Shown piece after piece: positions 56,901 through 64,000 of a stretch of DNA of 64,000 nt (positions are counted from its first letter, which is position 1; each line of letters begins with the position of its first letter). Under the pieces are notes generated by a model. That model worked only from the letters and a program-made list of their open reading frames with translations. It was not told where the DNA came from and did not search any database. Origin of the DNA: Chrysemys picta bellii (Eukaryota); NCBI RefSeq assembly GCF_011386835.1, contig NC_088810.1:11966001-12030000 (forward strand), written 5' to 3'. Made by a program: the position numbers and the translations under genes.

Positions 56901-59782
56901 GTATGGGGTGCACCAGGGGTGCGGGGCTTTGTGGGGTACAGCAGGGGTGGGGTGCTGTGTGGGGTGCAGCAGGGGTGGGGTGCTGTGGAGTGCTGTGTGG
57001 GGCACACTGGGGGACAGTGGGGACGGGGATGGGTGCTGTGGGGTACAGCAGAGGTGGGGTACAGTGGGGTCCTGTGTGAGGCACTGTGGGGTGCTGTGTG
57101 GGTTGCAGCAGGGGTAGGGTACAATAGGGTGCTGTGTGGGGCACACTGGGGTTCAGTGGGGTGTCCTTTCCCCCCAGGCTGTCCATCACCCGAGCCCATT
57201 TCCCCAAGCTGGCTGATTGCGCCCACTTCCACTACGAGGCCGTGGACTTTGGACACATCCAGGTGAGCGACCGCCGTGCCTCGCCTGGGGAGCCCCAGTC
57301 CCAGATGCCTGGGTCCCCCCCCGGGATCCCCCCTCCTGTACCCCCCCCCGCCGCCCGTAGAGTCCTCTTCCCAGACTCCCGGGTCCCATCTGGGAAATCC
57401 TCTTCCCAGGTGCTTTCTGGGTGAGGATGGCTGATCACCCGGATGCCTGGGTCCAATTTGGGGGGCTTTTCTGATTGCCTGGGTCCCATGCACAGGGACA
57501 GGTGGGGGTCATCTCCCAGACAGCTCGGTCCTTGGGGAGGTGGGTGTGTCTCGTGGCCGCGGGGCTCCTGCTGGAGCAGGAACTGGGGAGGGCTGGCCAG
57601 ACATTGGGTCCCAATGGGGATCAGATGCGGGTTTGGGGACTTGAACTCCCGGACACTTGGGTTCTCTCCTGGAGTGAGAGACGACATTCAGGGGATCTGG
57701 GCTGAGCCTGCACCAAGTGATGCCTGGGTCCCACAGGGGCACCTCTCACTTGCTGTGTGCCCACAGCTCCTGCTGGCCTCCGAGCAAGGGGAGGGGCTGC
57801 CCAGTACCCTGGGGGACAGGGAGCTACTCTTCATCGTCCAGGTCACCTGCCGGGTGAGTGGGCCCCCCCCCCCAACCCTCCCATTCCCAATCTTCCCCAG
57901 GGCCCTCCTTCCTGGACCCCCCCATTCCCGACTCAGGTCCCTCCTCTCCAGCTTGGGGTCCCCTCTGCCATGCCAACTACTGTGGGGGAGAGGGGACCCC
58001 TGAACCCCCAGATCTGCCCCCTCCCCTTTCCCCTTCAATCCTCCCTTGGTCCATCCTCTTGTGCCCCACAGTGGCACCCCCACACTGTGCCACTGCTCCC
58101 CACTTTCCTTCTTTAGACCCCTCCAGATCCACCCCCTCTCTGTCCTCAGCTGCCCCAGCACCTCCCAGCCCCACCTCACCAGTGTCGTCCCCCCCCCGCC
58201 CCGAGCACCGACACCCCTCCCCCGCTGACATCCCGCTTTGCCTCCTGGCCCCCAGGGGAAGACATGGCCTGTTCACCGCAGCTACGAGGAGTTCTGCAGG
58301 CTGGACGGGCACCTGCACTGCTGCATCTTCGACCGCCGCTTCTCCCAGCTGCCCGAGCTGCCACCGCCCTGCCAGGCCCGGGGACAGGCTGAGGTGAGTC
58401 ATGGGGGGCGCTGGGCAGAGCTTGTGGGAGATGCTGTGCGGCTGTTCCCGGGCTGCCCCACCCCAGAGGTGGCTGCATTTCAGTGCCAGGCAAGCCGTCC
58501 CCGGACAGCATTATGTGCAGCTGTTCCCCAGCTGCCCCGCCCCAGAGATGGCTGAATCTCAGCACCAGGCGAGCCGTCACTGTGGGGCAGACATGAGGGG
58601 AGTGGTTGCTAGGCCCTGATTCTGCTCCTGTCTCTCAGATGCTGGCCCCTGTCCTGCGGCAGTACCTGGAGAAGCTCTCGGCCATTGTGGACAGCAACAT
58701 TAACTGCGGGCCTGTCCTCACCTGGATGGAGGTGAGATGGGGTGTTGGGGGGGGTGGGGGGAGAAACGGTAGGGGCTGTTCAGCACGGGCCCCTTTCCCC
58801 CCCATCTCCCATCAGACCCATGGGCCCATCCCACCCAACATCCGCCCCCACACCAGCCCCGGCCCTGTCCAGGCCGGTAACCCCACAGACCCCCATCAGA
58901 CCCATGGCCCATCCCCCCAGTCATTCCCACCCCCCAATCAGACCCATGAGCCCGTCCAGCCCTGCACCTGTCCCCCCATCAGACCCACAGCCCCTCCCAC
59001 CCTCCCCCCTGCCAATCAGACTTACAGTCCCCCAGCCCTGTATCCCTCCCATCAGACCTATGGCCCATCCAGCCCAGTATCCACCCCACCCCTGATCACC
59101 TACAGCCCCCTCCCCCAGATCAGATCCACACCCCATCCAGGCTGCCCCTTGCCACGTGCTCACTCTTGCACCTCCTCTGTTGCAGATCGATAATCATGGC
59201 AACCGGCTGCTGGTGAACGAGGAGGCCTCGATCAACGTCCCGGCCATTGCGGCCGCCCACGTCATCAAGCGCTACACGGCCCAGGCCCCTGACGAGCTGT
59301 CCTTCGAGGTGGGATGTGGGGGGGCCCCAGAGCCCCCTCCCCCTCCGGCTGGGGCACTGTCCTGGGGAAGCTCACAGCCCCAGAGCCCCCTCTCCCCAGA
59401 TGGGGCACTGTCCTGGGGAAGCTCACAGTCCCAGAGTCCCCCTCCCCAGATGGGACACTGTCCTGGGGAAGCTCAGTCCCAGAGCCCCCTCTCCCCAGAT
59501 GGGACACTGTCCTGGGGAAGCTCACAGCACCGGAGCCCTTTCCCCTGCCCCAGCTGGGGCACTGCCTGGGGAAGCTCACATCCCCGGAGCCCCTTCCTGT
59601 CCAGCTGTGGCACTGCCCTGGGGAATCTCACAGCCCCAGAGCCCCCTCTGGGGCACTGCTCTGTGGGGCTGGGGGCCCCCTGACTGTCTCTCTGCTCAGC
59701 GCAGGTTGGGGACATTGTGTCGGTAATCGACATGCCCCCCAAGGAGGAGGTCAGCTGGTGGCGAGGAAAGCACGGCTTCCAG
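50926..59782 (+). CDS. ARHGAP33: Rho GTPase-activating protein 33 (TCGAP/SNX26), 5' part only. Coding exons 50926-50931, 53278-53372, 57178-57262, 57767-57853, 58256-58393, 58639-58731, 59186-59308, 59705-59782. Continues beyond the window.
   Basis: MV|ARSTDSLD..VKGKAPKR|LSITRAHFPKLADCAHFHYEAVDFGHIQ|..VQVTCR|GKTWPVHRSYEEF..CIFDRRFSQLPELP|..VDSNINCGPVLTWME|IDNHGNRLL..HVIKRYTAQAPDELSFE|VGDIVSVIDMPPKEEVSWWRGKHGFQ. This is the PX-like plus SH3 region, with GT-AG junctions in phase. Confidence 0.96.
53800..54050. repeat. About 41-bp minisatellite (GTGTCTAGGTGCTGGGGGTCCCAGGGCTGGGATATAGAGGG)
   Basis: About 3-5 imperfect tandem copies. Confidence 0.65.
54330..54910. repeat. About 60-bp minisatellite rich in GGTACC and CCATGG palindromes
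   Basis: About 9-10 imperfect tandem units (GGGGTACCATGGGGGTGGGTACCCGGTGCTGTGTGGGGTACAGCAGTATT..). Confidence 0.8.
54915..55340 (-). mobile_element. Old CR1 LINE 3' fragment
   Basis: Reverse complement of the CR1 3' region (..TTTTCCAAGCTGAACAGTCCCAG on +). Confidence 0.65.
55444..56126 (-). mobile_element. Solo LTR (same family as 9302-10018)
   Basis: Colinear with 9302-10018 from TGTCATGGAGTCACCGGGCGATGCTCTGG. The far terminus is damaged. Confidence 0.8.
56380..57165. repeat. G-rich satellite-like repeat (GGGGTACAGCAGGGGTGGGGTGCTGTGT)
   Basis: Many imperfect short units running up to the exon-3 acceptor. Confidence 0.8.
59345..59650. repeat. About 50-57-bp minisatellite (GGGCACTGTCCTGGGGAAGCTCACAGCCCCAGAGCCCCCTCTCCCCAGAT)
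   Basis: About 5-6 tandem copies in ARHGAP33 intron 7. Confidence 0.8.
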
Positions 59783-60121
59783 GTGAGTGTGGAGGTTGGG
59801 GAGGGTCTGCAGGGGGCGCTCCCCACTGGGCATTGCACCCCCACGCTCGGGTCACTGGGGGGGCTCCATGGGAGAGCCGGAGGCATGGGGGGGTGGGAAT
59901 GCAGGGTGGGGGGCAGCTCGGGGTGTGTGGGGTCACAGCTCCGGCTGAGCTGCCCCCCCCTGCGCCCTGGGGTCTGGGCAGTGTCCAGTCCCTGGTCCTG
60001 GCACTGGGTCTCCCCAGCACGTACCCCATGGCTGACTTTCCCCACCACGGCAGTGAGTCCCCATGGCCCAGCTGCCTGGCACCGGCTGTCTTGGAACAGG
60101 GGCAGGCCTGCCTGGGGAGTC

Positions 60122-61274
60122 ACAGAATCATAGAATATCAGGGTTGGAAGGGACCTCAGGAGGTCATCTAGTCCAACCCCCTGCTCAAAGCAGGACCAAT
60201 CTCCAACTAAATCATCCCAGCCAGGGTTTCATCAAGCCTGACCTTAAAAACCTCTAAGGAAGGTGATTCCACCACCTCTCTAGGTAACCCATTCCAGTGC
60301 TTCACCACCCTCCTTGTGAAAAAGTTTTTCCTAATATCCAACGTAAACCTCCCCCACTGCAACTTGAGACCATTGCTCCTTGTTCTGTCATCTGTTACCA
60401 CTGAAAACTGTCTAGATCCATCCTCTTTGGAACCCCCTTTCAGGTAGTTGAAAGCAGCTGTCAAATCCCCCCTCATTCTTCTCTTCTGCAGACTAAACAA
60501 TCCCAGTTCCCTCAGCCTCTCCTCATAAATCATGTGCTCCAGCCCCCTAAGCATTTTTGTTGCCCTCCGCCGAACTCTTTCCAATTTTTCCACATCCTTC
60601 TTGTAGTGTGGGGCCCAAAACTGGACACAGTACTCCAGATGAGGCCTCGTTTAGAGGGGAATGATCATGTCCCTCGATCTGCTGGCAATGCCCCTACTTA
60701 TACAGCCCAAAATGCCGTTAGCCTTCTTGGCAACAAGGGGACACTGTTGACTCATATCCAGCTTCTCGTCCACTTTAACCCCTAGGTCCTTTTCTGCAGA
60801 ACTGCTTCCTAGCCATTCGGTCCCTAATCTGTAACAGTGAATGGGATTCTTCCATCCTAAGAGCAGGACTCTGCACTTCTCCTTGTTGAACCTCATCAGA
60901 TTTCTTTTGGCCCAATCCTCTAATTTGTCTAGGTCCCTCTGTACCCTAGCCCTACTCTCCAGCATATCTACCACTCCTCCTAGTTTAGTGTCATCTGCAA
61001 ACTTGCTGAGAGTGCAGTCCATGCCATCCGCCAGATCATTAATGAAGATATTGAACAAAACCGGCCCCAGGACCAACCCTTGGGGCACTCCGCTTGATAC
61101 CGGCTGCCAACTAGACATGGAGCCATTGATCACTACCCGTTGAGCCCGACGATCTAGCCAGCTATCTATCCACCTTACAGTCCATTCATCCAGCCCATAC
61201 TTCTTTAACTTGCCGGCAAGAATACTGTGGGAGACCGTATCGAAAGCTTTGCTAAAGTTAAGGAATAACACGTC
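60122..61274 (-). mobile_element. CR1 LINE, 5'-truncated, relatively young, with RT ORF2 remnant
   Basis: Minus ORFs 60651-61361 ([46 protein letters not shown]) and 60207-60593 are CR1 RT. The 3' tail (ATTCTATG-like) is at 60122-60140. Confidence 0.95.
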
Positions 61275-61932
61275 ACGTGGGATTAACCATTGCTCACAAC
61301 TGCCCGGGTGGACACTTGCCATCTGCACTGCAGGTGCCTGGCCCCAAGGAGGCGAACCCACTTAGCAAGGGAATGAAGCTAAACCGAATTCAGGCTGCTT
61401 TAGTTTGGGAGGAAGAACTGAATGCGGTTTAACTAGGGCTTGTTCTACACTGAAAACTGATCCCGGCTACCTCAGTCTGGGGTGTCAGATCTCCCCCCCC
61501 CAGGGCCAGAGCAGTGTAGACACAGCTGTGTCGACAGAGGAGGGCTCCCATCGGCGTGCCGTGCTGGGTGTGTATGTATGCGCGCACTTGCAGAAGAGCC
61601 TCTATTGGCGTAGGCTGCATCTACACTGGGAGCTCTGCTGGCAGAGGATCTGTCATAGCCATTGATTTAAAGTGGTTTAGGAAAGGAAATCTGGATTCAC
61701 TGGTGATGGGTTAATACAGATACATTGTTAAAGTGGATTAGAAAAGGAAATCCAGATTTGCTGTTGGTGAGGTAATATACATTCACTCTAGTTGGGTTAA
61801 TCCAGATGCACTGTTGGTGGGTCAATCCAGATTTGCCAGGAAAATGAATTAGGAAAGAAATCCAGATTCACTGGTGGTGGGTTAATCCTTTTTTGGTGTT
61901 AAAGTGGATTAATTAAATGGCGGTGTGGACGT

Positions 61933-62626
61933 TGTGATGGAGTCACAGGCCTGATGCACCAGACCTGCTCTGTATGCAGCCAGCCAGGCCTCTTGGGTGG
62001 TGTGACTCCCCTCAGGGCATGCTGTCCAGGGCAAGGAGCTGTGGCCTTCCTGGTCTGACCTCGGAGCATCCAGCAACCCTGTTCACACCATACACTTCCC
62101 TTTGGCGGGTCCAGCTGGACGGGACCCCTGAGGAAACCAGAGAGCTGCATCCCCACTCTGCAGCCAGCGGGTAACACAGAAGGTTTATTAGTCGACAGGA
62201 ACACAGTGTAGAACAGAGCTTGTTAGCACAGAAATCAGTGACTGTCAGCAAAGTCTATTTTGGGGGGTCCCTTGGCTGGATTTCCTAGACTCCCTCCTCT
62301 CTGAGTCCCCCACAGCTGACTGCCCAGCTGCCAGCGACCCGAGCTCCTGGTCTTTATCTCGCTTCCCAGGCAAAGTATCACCTGGTCGCATCCCCCTCCT
62401 GGGTCTAAAGTTACAAAGGGCACCGGCCATAGAATATGTGCAGGCAGCTGGAGCCACGTCACCTGCTCCGAGGGTCTCAGCAAAAGTCACACACCCTTAT
62501 TTCCACCTCCTAGGCATTGGTGCAATACACAGGGAAACTGAGGCACACACACTATTCATGCAAAACAGTAAGACTCACATAGGCTCATGTACAACATAAC
62601 CAGGAGGAAAACCCCATTTAGTCACA
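61933..62626 (-). mobile_element. Solo LTR (related subfamily)
   Basis: TG...CA ends, flanks ACGT/ATGT, shared core GGTTTATTAGTCGACAGGAACACAG..CTTGTTAGCACAGAAATC. Confidence 0.78.
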
Positions 62627-62904
62627 ATGTTCTTCCGAATGGGAGTGGGCAGCATCTGGGTGAGTGTCACTCCCTTTGGAAGTGGATTAGGAAGACCGCT
62701 GCCTTGGGAAGCTAAGCATCCACCCAGGGGTTTAATTCAGTTTAAGGAATGCACCTTGAGTTCACTCCTTTGGCTGCTCCGGATTCAGCCCTGGGGTCCA
62801 TCGTGTCACATGGACAGATCCCCAGGCCATCCAGGGGGCAGGGCAGGAATTCACCACACAGGACGGGGGAGTGTCTCTCTCAGGGTTGCCTAGGGGGATC
62901 CCCC

Positions 62905-63997
62905 TGTAACAAAGCGGCCTTTGGTGGGACACTACTGAGAGTATCAATTCAGGACAAACTGCTTAGAGCAGGGCAGTTACAGCCCAAGGCTGGGTTTCCT
63001 TTGCTACTAAGGCACAGCAAACCAGCCCAACAGAGAGGACTTCGGTTTCACCCCACTGGCTAACCAGAAGTCATACAAGCAATTCCCTCAGACACTCCGG
63101 TTTCCCAGTATCACCACCAGCACCACTCCTTATGGGGATGATTGGTTATGAAAACCAACACCCCAGTAAAAGAAAAAAGGTTCTCCCGATCCCAAAGGCC
63201 CAAGCCCCAGACCCAGGTCAATATACCAGTCAGATTTTACCCACAAATCACGCTGTTGCCAATCCTTTAGAATCTAAAATCTAAAGGTTTATTCATAAAA
63301 AGAAAGAAATATAGATTAGAGTTAAAACTGGTTAAATGGAATCGATTACATACAGTAATGGCAAAGTTCTTGGTTCAGGCTTGTAGCAGTGATGGAATAA
63401 ACTGCTGGCGTAAGTTAAGTCTCTGGAGTACAGCCACAGCTTGGATGGGTCATTCAGTCCTTTGTTCAGAGCTTCAGTTTGTAGCAAGGTTCCTCCAGAG
63501 GTAAGAAGCAGGATTGAAGACAAAATGGAGACGATGCAGCTGCCTTTTATAGTCTCTTGCCATGTGGCCTGTGCTTCCTTTGTTTTAAACACAAGCTGCC
63601 CAGCACATGGCTTGGAAGCCTTCGAGTCCTCTCCATAGGCAAGTCCCTGCCTGCCTTGCTGAGTCATAAGGTGTATCTGCCTTCTCTCAATGGGTCAGTT
63701 GTGTAACTAATGGTCCTTAATGGGCCATCAAGCAGGCTAGGCAGTGCTGATGCCAAACTGTCTGGGGTGTCACCCAGAAGCATAGCACAAGTTTGAAATA
63801 CAGACAGTATAGAGCCAATACTTATAACTTTAAATACAAAAATGATACATGCATACTGATAGCATAATCATATCCAGCACATCATACCATTCCATAGACA
63901 CCTTACTTGACCTCCTCCGTACAAGATTTGGTAGCACTATAGGCCCTTGGTTGCAACAATGATCTGTACGGTCACAGTTCATGTCAATAAGGTCACA
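62905..63997 (-). mobile_element. Solo LTR of a second family, about 1.09 kb
   Basis: TGTAAC...GTCACA termini, minus-strand AATAAA near 63290, flanks CCCC / CCC (window end). AT-richer than its surroundings. Confidence 0.7.
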
Positions 63998-64000
63998 CCC

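Noticed and set aside
54332-57493. Long Cys/Gly/Val- or Pro/His/Thr-rich ORFs (up to 387 aa) suggesting keratin-like or mucin-like genes
   Set aside because: They are translations of intronic minisatellites, open on both strands, and lie within ARHGAP33 intron 2.
60207-61361. Functional reverse transcriptase gene
   Set aside because: 5'-truncated CR1 copy with an internal deletion and split ORFs.

Overview
This is vertebrate DNA, GC-rich and intron-containing. The repeat content looks like turtle (Penelope-like, Harbinger, hAT, CR1 and LTR elements), but that taxonomic call is an inference. Five protein-coding genes could be rebuilt exon by exon with GT-AG junctions and consistent phases: PSENEN (+, 101 aa), HSPB6 (+, 174 aa), LIN37 (-, 248 aa), PROSER3 (+, about 837 aa) and the first 8 coding exons of ARHGAP33 (+, runs out of the window). 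This is the block orthologous to human 19q13.12, but the LIN37/HSPB6 pair is inverted relative to human. Main points for a second look: (1) HSPB6 lacks the mammalian RRAS(Ser16) PKA site and keeps an alphaB-crystallin-like C-terminal VPI motif. (2) LIN37 and PROSER3 appear to have shared one bidirectional promoter, now split by a 4.1-kb nested stack: a Penelope-like element with inverted termini, a Harbinger in one arm and a hAT MITE in the other. (3) The Penelope-like termini carry minimal hammerhead ribozyme motifs, one with an intact core. (4) PROSER3 has a coding 45-bp/15-aa tandem repeat of about 15.5 copies. (5) There are candidate extra N-terminal exons for ARHGAP33 and an unexplained 755-codon ORF. 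No tRNA, rRNA or CRISPR array is supported. Most ORF-track entries are spurious GC-rich or repeat frames.
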